22,868 nt of DNA from an uncultured delta proteobacterium (GCA_963848135.1 CAWKCK010000005.1:682001-704868); one strand, 5' to 3'; shown: positions 1-8,923, counted from the stretch's first letter. Numbers and translations are program-made. The notes: generated by a model not told the origin, from the sequence alone.

Positions 1-972
1 CAGGCGCTGCTCATTGCGGGTAAAAGCGCGATGCACCAAAAAGAGTATGATGAAAGCCGCCGATTATTGGAGACGGTCATCCGTTTGGCGCCGGACAGCC
101 CGGAGGGGTATTACCAGATGGGTCGGCTGAGCCTCACCGAAAACGATCAGGATACCGCCATCGAATACTTTCATAAAGCTCTCGACCGCGACCCTAAACA
201 CATGGAAGCATTCACCAATCTGGTCCTTGCCTACATGCGCAAGAAGGACATGTCCGCCGCAATTCGTGCCTGTGACACGCAACTGCTCAAAGTCAACGAA
301 AACCCAAGGTCACAGGCTGTCATCCAAAACGTGAAGGGCGTCCTTTTCCTCGAACAGAAGAACCAGACAAAGGCTGTAAACCAGTTCAAAGAAGCACTGT
401 TGACCGATCCGAATTACCTTCCTCCCTATTACGCCCTGGCTCAGCTTTATTTATCAGAAAATCGAGCGGAGCAGGCCATCGAGCAGTTCCAAAATGCCCT
501 CGCAAAAAATCCGAATCAAACCGCAGCGCATATGTTCTTGGGAATGATATATGATTCGATGAAAGATTCTGCATTAGCGGAAAAGAACTATCGCGCCGCT
601 CTCGATCTCAATCCAGATTTCGCACCCGCAGCCAACAACCTTGCTTATCTTTTAGCAGACCAAGATCGTGAGCTGAACGAGGCTTTGAAATTAGCCAACA
701 TAGCCAAAAAGTCAAATCCTGACGAGCCGAGTATCGCAGACACTCTGGGTTGGGTCTATTACAAGAGAGGGCTCTATGCGAATGCTGTGAGTGAACTCAC
801 CGCTGTCGTTGAAAAACTGCCTGACAATGCAACAGTGAGATATCATCTGGGGATGAGTTATCTCAATAATGGAGAAAAGGAAAAAGCCAAGCTGGAACTG
901 GAAAAGGCCCTCAGTCTGGATGAGTCATTTAACGGATCCAAAGAAGCTGAGAAGGCGCTGGCAGGATTGTAA
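1..972 (+). CDS. TPR-repeat protein, 5'-partial; resembles PEP-CTERM-system TPR proteins (PrsT-like)
   Basis: Frame is open from base 1. Consecutive TPR units, with C-terminal 'NNLAYLLA...PSIADTLGWVYYKRG...VRYHLG' pattern. Adjacent to a PEP-CTERM gene. Confidence 0.85.
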   Translation, partial: QALLIAGKSAMHQKEYDESRRLLETVIRLAPDSPEGYYQMGRLSLTENDQDTAIEYFHKALDRDPKHMEAFTNLVLAYMRKKDMSAAIRACDTQLLKVNENPRSQAVIQNVKGVLFLEQKNQTKAVNQFKEALLTDPNYLPPYYALAQLYLSENRAEQAIEQFQNALAKNPNQTAAHMFLGMIYDSMKDSALAEKNYRAALDLNPDFAPAANNLAYLLADQDRELNEALKLANIAKKSNPDEPSIADTLGWVYYKRGLYANAVSELTAVVEKLPDNATVRYHLGMSYLNNGEKEKAKLELEKALSLDESFNGSKEAEKALAGL

Positions 973-1016
973 TTTCTTGGCTCTGATGGTGATCAAGAAC
1001 GTCAATTAATAAAATA

Positions 1017-1355
1017 GGTTCTTCTCCGATTTGTTTGGTGTAAATTGTTGCGAAGTTCATTCATGGATCATAGCGTAGTTAAATTGGCCGCCCGCTCACT
1101 TCGCTCGCTCGACAGACACTGACGGATACAGACTTTTGCCTCCGCGACCTGCGGAGGCAAAACAAGCAATCGCTGCACGAGGCCATCTGCTGTTCTGCCT
1201 GAAAGGCATGCACCATTTTACCCGGGCAAGTCGCCCGGGTAAAAAGAGTTTGTCAGCGTTATGTCAGCGTGCGTCAGCGGTTAATTTATACTTTTATTTT
1301 GATAAGATATGAATCATTTGCCTGCAAAAACCACCAACTTTTTTGTAGATGATCC
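1017..1355. mobile_element. MITE-like element with 8-bp target duplication (IS1595-family-like, inferred)
   Basis: ATAAAATA at 1009-1016 and 1356-1363. Imperfect TIRs GGTTCTTCTCCGATTTGTTTGGTG vs GGATCATCTACAAAAAAGTTGGTG (15/24). No ORF. Confidence 0.55.
1080..1288. repeat. Palindromic double-hairpin REP-like element (repeat family A relative, inverted orientation)
   Basis: Ends TAAATTGGCCGC / GCGGTTAATTTA. Perfect 12-bp stems at 1134-1145/1151-1162 and 1216-1227/1233-1244. Confidence 0.75.
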
Positions 1356-1578
1356 ATAAAATAATATACGTTATTTTCAAATTCATTTATTCTCGATTCT
1401 CAATACCCCACCTAAGAAATATTTCAACATTGGCCGCTCGTCTCAGGCACGGCTCAATTTTTTTTGATCCAGCAAATCTTCTCTGTACTCCAGAAAATGA
1501 TATTTAAAAGTAAAAACTCGTTAGTCATTATCCTGAGTCAAGCGATAACGATTTTGTGAATATTAGTAAATATCATTA

Positions 1579-1694
1579 AGTAAATTTTTATACAGATATC
1601 ATTCGATTATTATTCTCATTCAGTTTATAACTTATTGTTTTTATGTACTTAAACATATTTTTTTAATGTTATTAATTCGGGCATGTTATTTGCT
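1579..1694 (+). promoter_or_regulatory. Sigma54 promoter with IHF site and upstream enhancer-like box for the PEP-CTERM gene
   Basis: GGCATGTTATTTGC (GG 1680-81, GC 1692-93, GG-N10-GC). IHF-like TAACTTATTGTTT at 1628-1640. AGTAAATTTTTATACA at 1579-1594 resembles the TGT...ACA PEP-CTERM enhancer box. Confidence 0.75.
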
Positions 1695-1795
1695 TAACTT
1701 ATCGGAACATTTTAATGAACAACAAAAAAAATAAGAAATATAGGTCCCTGTTAGGCTATTTCTAATTTTACTCCACAAGCGGCTACCAACTACAC

Positions 1796-2494
1796 ATGAG
1801 GATGGCTCCTATGGTAAAGGGAAAAAAAATAATGTTCTGCTGTGCTGTTTCACTCCTTTTAATCATTTCTGCTATTCCTTCAGGATTGTGGGCATACCCA
1901 CTCAAGGTAGGTGATGTCATTTCTTTATCAGATGGACCGGGGACGACTAATGGTGGTGAGTTCAAAGTCAATTTGGTAAGCCCCACCAGTGCCTCTGATA
2001 TTTTTAGGACGTTTTGCTTGGAAAAGAATGAATATTTTAGTTGGAACCAGCCCTTAACAATTCAGGGTATTTCCGATTATGCAACTGCAGGCGGTGTAAG
2101 CGGCGGTGGGTCAGATAATAAAGATTTCTTGTCTAATGAAACCAGATACCTTTATTATCATTTCTATGTTGGAGATCTTATTGGTTATAATTATTCAGTT
2201 CCAACAGAAAGAGCAAAAAGTGCTAATGCATTGCAAGAGGCAATTTGGATGCTCGAAGGTGAGATGAACATTGTCTCAACTAACTACTTTATAGATTATT
2301 TAGAAAAATCAGTAGTAAGCACTTCAGGATGGACTGCCGGTATAGATAGCGTTAAGGTGCTAAATTTGTATAAAGCTGACGGATCTAAGGCTCAGGACCA
2401 GTTGACCGTAGTTCCTGAACCAGGAACGCTTTTAAGTTTAGGGATCGTCCTATTGGGACTGGGCGGTATTACACGCCGTAGATTTAAAAATTAG
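1796..2494 (+). CDS. PEP-CTERM sorting-domain surface protein
   Basis: N-terminal signal peptide. 'TFCLE' and 'ALQEAIW' motifs. C-terminal VPEP-hydrophobic-RRRFKN. Exact start among 1796/1802/1811 uncertain. Confidence 0.93.
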   Translation: MRMAPMVKGKKIMFCCAVSLLLIISAIPSGLWAYPLKVGDVISLSDGPGTTNGGEFKVNLVSPTSASDIFRTFCLEKNEYFSWNQPLTIQGISDYATAGGVSGGGSDNKDFLSNETRYLYYHFYVGDLIGYNYSVPTERAKSANALQEAIWMLEGEMNIVSTNYFIDYLEKSVVSTSGWTAGIDSVKVLNLYKADGSKAQDQLTVVPEPGTLLSLGIVLLGLGGITRRRFKN

Positions 2495-2534
2495 CGTTTC
2501 GTCATAATATCACATTTAGTATTACACCAAAAAT

Positions 2535-2572
2535 AAAAGCGGGGCTTTTTAAGACCCCGCTTTTGTTTTTTA
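2535..2572. terminator. Bidirectional intrinsic terminator
   Basis: AAAAGCGGGG...CCCCGCTTTT stem followed by a T tract, between convergent genes. Confidence 0.85.
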
Positions 2573-2610
2573 ACTACTCTATTTTCATTTTTGGTCAGTT
2601 CAAATTTTTG

Positions 2611-2755
2611 TTCTTCTCCGATTTATTTCGTGTAAATTGATGTGAAGCTCATGCATGGATCATAGCGTAGTTAAATTGGCCGCCCGCTCACTCCGCTCGC
2701 TCGACAGACGCCGACGGACGCAGACTTTTTGCCTCCGCGACCTGCGGAGGCAAAA
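2611..2755. repeat. Direct-repeat copy of 1018-1162 (truncated MITE/palindrome copy)
   Basis: ~145-bp high-identity match, including ATGGATCATAGCGTAGTTAAATTGGCCGCCCGCTCAC and the GCCTCCGC hairpin. Confidence 0.9.
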
Positions 2756-2759
2756 GAAC

Positions 2760-3158
2760 CTATTTTATTAACTCGAAAAGTTCAAACTTAGAAGCCTTTT
2801 TGTCAAATGTGAGGACACTTTCACAGCCGGATATCTTTGCAGCACAGGCAATTAAAACATCTGAAAGATCGATTTTATTTTCTCGGGCTAAAAAAATAAA
2901 CCGTTGTATGGTCGGTTGAGCTTCAAATTTTAGAATAGGCATCAATAAGATCTCATTTATGGCGTCCAGAATTTCTTCTCTTGGTATTTCATAAACTGAG
3001 TCAAGCACCCATATTGTTTCTAAGACTACGAGCAGTGAAACACAAAAAATTTCCTTGTCAGCTTCCGCTTGTTTGAAAACCCTGTAAACTATTTTGGATT
3101 GATGCTCATCGTCTTTAACCAAAAAACGTACCAAAACATTCGTATCTAAGGCTTTCAT
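2760..3158 (-). CDS. vapC: PIN-domain VapC toxin
   Basis: N-terminal 'ALDTNVLVR', 'SDVLI', 'LTFDKK'. Overlaps the upstream AbrB gene. Confidence 0.92.
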   Translation of the reverse strand: MKALDTNVLVRFLVKDDEHQSKIVYRVFKQAEADKEIFCVSLLVVLETIWVLDSVYEIPREEILDAINEILLMPILKFEAQPTIQRFIFLARENKIDLSDVLIACAAKISGCESVLTFDKKASKFELFELIK

Positions 3159-3403
3159 TAAAATTTGTCCTTTATTTTCTGCCTTATCCTGCTATTCATC
3201 TCTTCGACTGAGATGGCCTTTCGGTCATGTTTATGTAACAACCCGAAAACGTCATCGACTTTTTTGGACACTGGCCTGATAAGCGCTTCCCTTTTATCAA
3301 TGACAACAAATTCTATCTTATCACCCGCGCTCAGCATCAGGGAATCCCGAATAGCTTTTGGAATCGTGACCTGACCCTTGGTGGTTATGGTTGCCGATGC
3401 CAT
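3158..3403 (-). CDS. AbrB/MazE/SpoVT antitoxin
   Basis: 'ATITTKGQVTIPKAIRDSL...GDKIEF'. AGGAGG RBS at 3411-3416 (minus). Confidence 0.92.
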   Translation of the reverse strand: MASATITTKGQVTIPKAIRDSLMLSAGDKIEFVVIDKREALIRPVSKKVDDVFGLLHKHDRKAISVEEMNSRIRQKIKDKF

Positions 3404-3430
3404 AATACAACCTCCTTACTAAATTTAAAA

Positions 3431-3468
3431 CCTTACTTTAGAGTAAGGCAAACAAACTGGCCTGTCAA
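3431..3468 (-). promoter_or_regulatory. Sigma70 promoter and operator of abrB-vapC
   Basis: Minus-strand TTGACA-17-TACTCT. Palindrome CCTTACT-TTAG-AGTAAGG (3431-3448) overlaps the -10. Confidence 0.7.
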
Positions 3469-3544
3469 TTACGATTTGGTGAAGGTATTCCTTCCAACTT
3501 TCAGCTGTCATTTTTAGCCTTTATTTTCCTTGAGCTTTTGAACT

Positions 3545-3651
3545 TTTCCCTCTCGACCCCTCGGCCCCCTTAATCCCGATTCCCGTATCCCGCAACTCGC
3601 AACCCGCAACTCGCAACCCGCAACCCGCAACCCGCAACCCGAAACCCGTAA
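3545..3651 (+). repeat. Spacer block with heptamer tandem array (CCCGCAA)n
   Basis: 11 degenerate 7-mers at 3575-3651. Segment 3545-3604 recurs at ~7269-7328. Confidence 0.9.
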
Positions 3652-3668
3652 CCCTCTAAGCGATCCCA

Positions 3669-4019
3669 TTATCGAAAGGCGTCTTCATTTATCTCGAAAA
3701 CCTTTGCTAATTTATCTCGGGTTTCTTTTCGATAAACAGCGCCATTTTTTTCCCATTTGGCTATGGACGATTGTTTCACGCCGAGGCGCTTCGCTAAATC
3801 TTTTTGCGTCCAGCCGCGTTCAATACGTTCCCTTTTAACCGGGTTCATAAAAATATAATTTTCTGCCTCTTTTTGATTATAGAGCGGTTCACTTTTCGCC
3901 TCACGGATGGCGCGCAGATCGGAATCATCCTCAAGGCAGTCCAACATTTTTTCAAAAAGATCAACCGGCAGAACCACAAATTTTACTTTGCCTTTTTCTT
4001 TTATTGTTTGAAATTCCAT
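3669..4019 (-). CDS. Xre-HTH antitoxin (HigA-like) with N-terminal interaction region
   Basis: 'RIERGWTQKDLAKRLGVKQSSIAKWE' HTH, directly downstream of a RelE gene. Confidence 0.85.
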   Translation of the reverse strand: MEFQTIKEKGKVKFVVLPVDLFEKMLDCLEDDSDLRAIREAKSEPLYNQKEAENYIFMNPVKRERIERGWTQKDLAKRLGVKQSSIAKWEKNGAVYRKETRDKLAKVFEINEDAFR

Positions 4020-4021
4020 CT

Positions 4022-4282
4022 CTACCTCTTATAGATGTCTCCTCGCGTTCGTATTTTGACCACTTCAATGGTGAGCTGATCACGATGCCGCGTATATATA
4101 ATTCTGTAAGGCCCGATTCTGAGGCGATATCCCGCTTCGCCCTTTAGTCTATCAACGTCTATATTTGTACCGTCGGGATCTTTCTGGAGTTCATGCAATT
4201 TGTCTATAATTCTCGATTTTATTTTAAGCGGAAGCCTTGCCAGGTAGTTTCTGGCCTGTCGCCTGTATATTAATCGATACAT
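4022..4282 (-). CDS. relE: RelE/ParE-family toxin
   Basis: 'YRLRIGPYRIIY...RTRGDIYK'. Confidence 0.9.
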   Translation of the reverse strand: MYRLIYRRQARNYLARLPLKIKSRIIDKLHELQKDPDGTNIDVDRLKGEAGYRLRIGPYRIIYTRHRDQLTIEVVKIRTRGDIYKR

Positions 4283-4316
4283 AGCTTTATTATACCTTTT
4301 AAAGCTATATTGTCAA
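4281..4316 (-). promoter_or_regulatory. Consensus sigma70 promoter giving a probable leaderless mRNA, with operator
   Basis: TTGACA-16-TATAAT-6 nt-ATG. Inverted repeat ATAGCTTTA (4281-89)/TAAAGCTAT (4300-08). Confidence 0.8.
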
Positions 4317-4474
4317 GCCAATAATTGTGTTATTTCGACCCAATGAAACCCGTTTTAGAGGATTATACATTAATGACCTTGAGCTGCTTTTTTCCGAAAT
4401 GCCGCTTGCAACCAAAAACAAAAAAGGCATTGAAAGATTTCCCGTTTCAATGCCGTCTGCGCCTGTTTTCTCTG

Positions 4475-4632
4475 GTAAAGCCCAGCGCCGCAGGCCAATT
4501 GGTTTTAATCGAGCGTCGTCTCCCGCTCGATTAAAAAAAACCCCCTCTGTGTTCTCTGCGTCTCGAACGAGCAACGCGAGTGGGCGGTGAAAATATTTTT
4601 GAGTGATTTATTGGGTACTTCTCGAGCAAAGC
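4475..4632 (+). repeat. Repeat family A copy 1
   Basis: AGCGCCGCAGGCCRATTGG + 13-bp hairpin (4503-15/4524-36) + CTCTGYGTTCTCTGCGTCTCGAACGAGC..GAGTGGGCGGTGA. Near-identical to 6534-6693. Confidence 0.92.
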
Positions 4633-4769
4633 GGGCGGCGATTAAGCCGATATCTGCAACCATTACCCCGTTCCGTATTAATTCCTTGAGCGTTTTACCC
4701 CGAGCTTTCACTTTCGCTCTTCGTAATATTCACATTGAACCTTCAATTTCAGGCTTTCAGCCGTTCACC

Positions 4770-4825
4770 TTGACACCGAAAAATGTGAGGCATACGATGA
4801 ATCAAAATGAATCAAGAGGTGAATC
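4770..4825 (+). promoter_or_regulatory. Sigma70 promoter with TGAATCA direct-repeat operator
   Basis: TTGACA-17-TACGAT at 4770-4798. Three TGAATCA units before/at the start. GAGGTG RBS. Confidence 0.7.
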
Positions 4826-5074
4826 ATGTCTCAAATCACTTTACGAGGGCTGGATCCGAAGATCGAACACGATTTACGCCGGATTGCCCAAAAAACAGGG
4901 AAATCACTTAACCGCATCGTTCTGGAAATGATCAATAAATCGGCAGGATACGATAAGAAACCGCCGGCCGCCTCACTGCGCAAACTCGCCGGGGGTTGGA
5001 CTGAAAACGAGGCTTCTGAATTTACCGAGTCGATTAAAATCTGCGAGCAGATAGATGAGGATGTGTGGCGATGA
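4826..5074 (+). CDS. RHH/Arc (FitA-like) antitoxin
   Basis: 'MSQITLRGLD...AQKTGKSLNRIV', C-terminal 'LAGGW...IDEDVW'. ATGA overlap with a PIN stub. Confidence 0.8.
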   Translation: MSQITLRGLDPKIEHDLRRIAQKTGKSLNRIVLEMINKSAGYDKKPPAASLRKLAGGWTENEASEFTESIKICEQIDEDVWR

Positions 5075-5109
5075 AAATACTGTTGGATACAAGCGCATAT
5101 CGCCTCTAA
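5071..5109 (+). pseudogene. Truncated VapC/PIN toxin (first 10 codons only)
   Basis: MKILLDTSAY, then runs into repeat C at 5098 and stops. Confidence 0.8.
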
Positions 5110-5217
5110 CTCCCAACGAATTTCTATTGCTTTCAGCTTATTAATCCTTTAATTCCATAATCCCTCAATTCCTGAATTTTCTTTTATCCCTTTCAGATCT
5201 TTCCCCTCGACCCCTTG
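5098..5217 (+). repeat. Repeat C copy 1 (contains AATYCCNN 8-mer array)
   Basis: ~120-bp near-identical match to 7167-7287. Confidence 0.92.
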
Positions 5218-5347
5218 AACCTCTGCACTCACACGGTATTAATAAAAGGTTCTTCTCCCGATTAGTGGGAGTATAACCATAAAATAATTTTCGTACCCAA
5301 AATCCCGGTCCTGTAAAACGGCGAAATATTCTCGAATGTGAATAGGA

Positions 5348-5797
5348 TTACTTGGGGGGATGACTTTTCTGAATGGATTGAGCTTTCAAGAGATTGATGA
5401 TAGCAATTTTATAGTCTTCAAAATCATTGAGATCATATTTTAATATGCCGACGACTATTTCGGCGTCCACTTGATCATAGTGGTGAACGACAATGTTTCT
5501 AAATTTTGCCATTTTTTCAAGTGCGGGAAACAGGTTATTTCCTATAATATTATTTTCATGGAGGACTTTGAATGCATCGGCATAACTCTTTGGTATTCGG
5601 TAACCCCTGTCTGCAATAATGTGCCCCGAGATATCTACACACGTTTCAATCATCATCTGCAGGGTTCTTTCGATAATGCGTTGAACCTTCCAATCGCCCG
5701 AATACTTAGCAACCGAAATATTTTCATATTCCTTGATCTGCTGATAGTATTCGTCTAATTCAGACAGCTTGCGGAGAATCAATGCCTCATCAACCAT
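5348..5797 (-). CDS. hepT: HEPN (DUF86/HepT-like) RNase toxin
   Basis: RNIVVH (R-X4-H) followed by HY. Likely start ATG 5797 with AGGAG RBS, overlapping the MNT gene end. Confidence 0.9.
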   Translation of the reverse strand: MVDEALILRKLSELDEYYQQIKEYENISVAKYSGDWKVQRIIERTLQMMIETCVDISGHIIADRGYRIPKSYADAFKVLHENNIIGNNLFPALEKMAKFRNIVVHHYDQVDAEIVVGILKYDLNDFEDYKIAIINLLKAQSIQKSHPPK

Positions 5798-6212
5798 GCA
5801 GATATCTCCTCTTGAGTTGCGCTGACTCTTTAACGGAAAAATCAAAATATTTTCTCATCACCAGAGATTCGAATCGGTGTCGCGTGAACGGTTCCTTATC
5901 GACAATCACTTTTTTGTTTTTCAGAACATTCATGACCAGGGGCAGGTCGGCTTTATTTAGAACAACTAAGTCAATTTCATCGGTTTGAAGGATATTAATA
6001 AGTCCTCCCAACAATTCGAACTTGCATTCGGCCAGATTCGCAGCCTCCTTCAAAAACACGGCGATGTCCACGTCACTCAAGGGCAATGGATCTCCCTTTG
6101 CCAAACTGCCGAAAAGATATGCAAAAAGGACATTTCCGTGTGAGCGCAGATAATCCTCGGCTGCAGGTAGGAGTCTCATGATGTTTTCTGGTAGTTTTGT
6201 AAATTTGATCAT
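5790..6212 (-). CDS. mntA: Minimal nucleotidyltransferase antitoxin (MntA-like)
   Basis: 'YLFGS...SDVDIA...IDLVVL'. Upstream TTGACA-17-TATTTT on minus at 6267-6239. Confidence 0.9.
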   Translation of the reverse strand: MIKFTKLPENIMRLLPAAEDYLRSHGNVLFAYLFGSLAKGDPLPLSDVDIAVFLKEAANLAECKFELLGGLINILQTDEIDLVVLNKADLPLVMNVLKNKKVIVDKEPFTRHRFESLVMRKYFDFSVKESAQLKRRYLHG

Positions 6213-6299
6213 CTGTTTTAACCACTTTTTATTGTGAAAAAATATCCGATAAATTTAGAAATGTCAAACCACACAGCTGTCTTGTGAAGCGGCATGGAC

Positions 6300-6447
6300 T
6301 CCTCATAAATTCTGCCTGCCTTGCCTGCCGCGCCTGCCCTGCCCCGTAGCTCCGGCAGATGGTACTGGGGTTAAATTCTGCTATGCAGACACCGATAGGT
6401 GATTTAACTGGGGCGCCTCGAACGAGCCAAGCGAGTGGGCGGTGAAT
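6300..6447. repeat. Nested short palindromes ending in a family A tail
   Basis: CCTGC repeats, CCCCGTAG...TACTGGGG, GTTAAAT...ATTTAAC, then GCGCCTCGAACGAGCCAAGCGAGTGGGCGGTGA. Confidence 0.65.
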
Positions 6448-6533
6448 AACTTTGGCCCTTAGTTCTCTTTTCTACTGTAACCATATCACTCGTATTAGCC
6501 CCAACGGTTGATAATCAATACCATTCGTAAAAT

Positions 6534-6772
6534 GTAAAGCCCAGCGCCGCAGGCCGATTGGTTTTAATCGAGCGTCGTCTCCCGCTCGATTAAAAAATAA
6601 AACCTTTCTGTATTCTCTGCGTCTCGAACGAGCAACGAGAGTGGGCGGTAAATAAATTTTTGTATGATTTATTGGGTACTTCTCGAGCGAAGCCCCGCAG
6701 ATAGCGGGGCAGGCTGGGCGGTGAAATTCTTTGTTTTGATTGACCGAGCCAAGCGAGTGGGCGGTGAAATTC
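6534..6772 (+). repeat. Repeat family A copy 2 plus two extra GGGCGGTGAAATTC tails
   Basis: 6534-6693 matches 4475-4632. Extra GCCCCGC/GCGGGGC hairpin at 6692-6710. Confidence 0.9.
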
Positions 6773-6835
6773 TCCCTTCCCTTCAAGTATTGAGTTATTC
6801 TCATAGTTGGGAAAAGATATCATTAAATATCCAGG

Positions 6836-7048
6836 CTAACCTGCTGCGCACAGGGCTTCAGCTTTATCCTCCAACGCTTTGACTAAATCCTCAATGGCAA
6901 TTACTTCTTTTTCCTCGAAATAGGCTTCTCCACACTGGCCACACACCCATGCCGGTACCTTATCCAGTGTAACGTGACAATCCTTACGATCAATGTGGAA
7001 TGGGATTGTGCCTGGTTTCATCTCTCCACCGCAATGAATGCATTTCAT
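6836..7048 (-). CDS. YgiT-type zinc finger (MqsA-like antitoxin domain)
   Basis: 'MKCIHCGG...VPAWVCGQCGEAYF'. Confidence 0.9.
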   Translation of the reverse strand: MKCIHCGGEMKPGTIPFHIDRKDCHVTLDKVPAWVCGQCGEAYFEEKEVIAIEDLVKALEDKAEALCAAG

Positions 7049-7131
7049 GGCTTAATCCTTTTTCTAAAATCCTCCGACCATTCTTCTGAGTCGGGAAGGT
7101 AGGCGGTTATGACAGCTAGGAAATCGTCTTC
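7045..7131 (-). pseudogene. 3' remnant of a DUF4258 toxin gene
   Basis: Minus frame reads DDFLAVITAYLPDSEEWSEDFRK, a DUF4258-like C-terminus upstream of YgiT. The 5' part is replaced by repeat. Confidence 0.75.
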
Positions 7132-7401
7132 ACCTTTAACCTTTGAGCTATTATTGGCCTCCAACCTATCGCCTCTAACTCCCAACGAATTTCTATTGCT
7201 TTCAGCTTACCAATCCTTTAATTCCACAATCCCTCAATTCCTGAATTTTCTTTTATCCCTTTCAGTTCTTTCCCTCTCGACCCCTTGGTCCCCTTAATCC
7301 CGATTCCCGTAACCCGCAACACGCACCCCGTTTCTCGTAACCCGCATCCCGCAACCTTTACCCCGCCTGCCCCGTGAGACCTGCTATCCATTGAACCTGG
7401 G
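7129..7401 (+). repeat. Composite spacer: repeat D head + repeat C copy 2 + heptamer array + CCCCGTG palindrome
   Basis: TTCACCTTTAACCTTTGAGCT from 7129. 7167-7287 matches 5098-5217. Eight 7-mers at 7299-7354. Confidence 0.88.
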
Positions 7402-7618
7402 TAGTTCTGACAGATGTTCAGGTTCTGATTGCACATTTAAGTTCGAACCATTTCCCTCTAATCTCTTAACACGAGAGTATTACCGAAAGTGAGCGGTTCA
7501 AATTTTAAAATCAAATTTTCCAGATAAATATACTTGACACCGACATGCAAAAGCGGTAATAATTTTTACCAGTTTTTAGATATAGTGGCAACAATTTTTA
7601 CCGGATGCGTGAGAACCC

Positions 7619-8923
7619 ATGCTGGACATGATCAAGGAAATTATCCTGGATTTTCAAAATGAAGTGCGCGACACCGGTGTAAAGCGCCACTTAGACTACG
7701 AACGTGTTGAGAAAAAAGCCTTTGTTTGCATCGGTGTGAGGCGTGCGGGCAAATCCACGCTGCTTTACCAGATAATTTCAGACCTTAACCTCAAAAACGT
7801 TAAAAAAGAAAATATTTTATACATCAATTTTTTCGACGACCGCTTGAACGAGGTTAAGCGCGTCAATTTATCTCTGGTCACAGAGGCTTATTTTTCGATC
7901 TTTCCCGAAAAAAAGGGATCTGAAACCGTTTATTGTTTTTTTGATGAAATCCAGGAAGCCGCTAACTGGGAGGCATTTGTCGACAGAATCTTGAGAACGG
8001 AAAAATGCGAGGTCTTCCTCACCGGCTCATCATCCAAAATGCTTTCAAAAGAGCTGTCAACGCAAATGCGCGGCCGGTCTATTTCCTGGGAGCTCTTCCC
8101 CTTCTCTTTCAAGGAGTTCTGCGATTACAAGGGAGCGGATTATAAAAAACTGACCTCAAAAAACCGGCTCATTCTGAGAAACTGCTTTGACGAATATTTT
8201 AAGAAAGGAGGATTCCCCGAAGTCAGAAACGCTTCCGAAAAGCTGCGGATCAAAATCCATCAGGAATATTATAAAGCCATCATGCACAGAGATGTTATTG
8301 AAAGGTTCGATGCACTACATCCGCAAGTCGTGATGCAGGCAGGTTACCGCATGATCGAGTCGTCCGGATCTCTCTATTCGATAAACAGAATTACTTCTTA
8401 CCTGAAGTCAATTGGCTACAAAGTAAGCAAGGGATTTGTTTCTTCTTGCATCGAATGGTTCGAAGATGTGTATTTCCTCTTTTCAGTGAAATTGTTCAGT
8501 CAGTCGGTGTCCATACAGAATGCCAATCCTAAAAAGGTATACTGCATTGATCATTCCCTGATCACCTCAATAGTGCCGACCATTTCTGAAAACACCGGAC
8601 ACATGCTTGAAAATATGATCTACATGCATTTAAGGCGTCAAACAAACGATATTTTTTACTATCGAACGAGTAAGGGCAAGGAAATCGATTTTCTGTGGCT
8701 TGACGCAACTGGCGAACGACACCTTGTCCAGGTTTGCACAACCCTTTCCGATCCTTCTACCCGGAAACGTGAAATTTCATCGCTAATCCAGGGGATGAAA
8801 GAAAACGGTATTCAAAAAGCAACAATCATCAATTTAAACGACGAAGATACCATCCTCGAAGATCAATACACCATCCGCGTCCTCCCGGCCTGGAAATTCC
8901 TGATTCAAACTCTTCCCGAATAA
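7619..8923 (+). CDS. AAA+ ATPase with DUF4143 domain
   Basis: Walker A GVRRAGKST, Walker B FFDEIQ, 'LTGSSS', 'GGFPE', C-terminal 'EIDF...VQV'. TTGACA at 7534. Confidence 0.9.
   Translation: MLDMIKEIILDFQNEVRDTGVKRHLDYERVEKKAFVCIGVRRAGKSTLLYQIISDLNLKNVKKENILYINFFDDRLNEVKRVNLSLVTEAYFSIFPEKKGSETVYCFFDEIQEAANWEAFVDRILRTEKCEVFLTGSSSKMLSKELSTQMRGRSISWELFPFSFKEFCDYKGADYKKLTSKNRLILRNCFDEYFKKGGFPEVRNASEKLRIKIHQEYYKAIMHRDVIERFDALHPQVVMQAGYRMIESSGSLYSINRITSYLKSIGYKVSKGFVSSCIEWFEDVYFLFSVKLFSQSVSIQNANPKKVYCIDHSLITSIVPTISENTGHMLENMIYMHLRRQTNDIFYYRTSKGKEIDFLWLDATGERHLVQVCTTLSDPSTRKREISSLIQGMKENGIQKATIINLNDEDTILEDQYTIRVLPAWKFLIQTLPE

Noticed and set aside
4427..4454. Hairpin GGCATTGAAA/TTTCAATGCC
   Set aside because: A real stem, but no gene can be assigned to it. 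Possibly a leftover terminator.
4456..4470. TCTGCGCCTGTTTTC as an old IS110 junction
   Set aside because: Matches the left guide and core, but similarity to the IS end is too short to separate from chance.
4305..4931. Several overlapping ORFs, and similar ones at 6472-6882, 7109-7436 and 10207-10413
   Set aside because: Translations of repeat DNA. Their shared peptides simply reflect the repeats.
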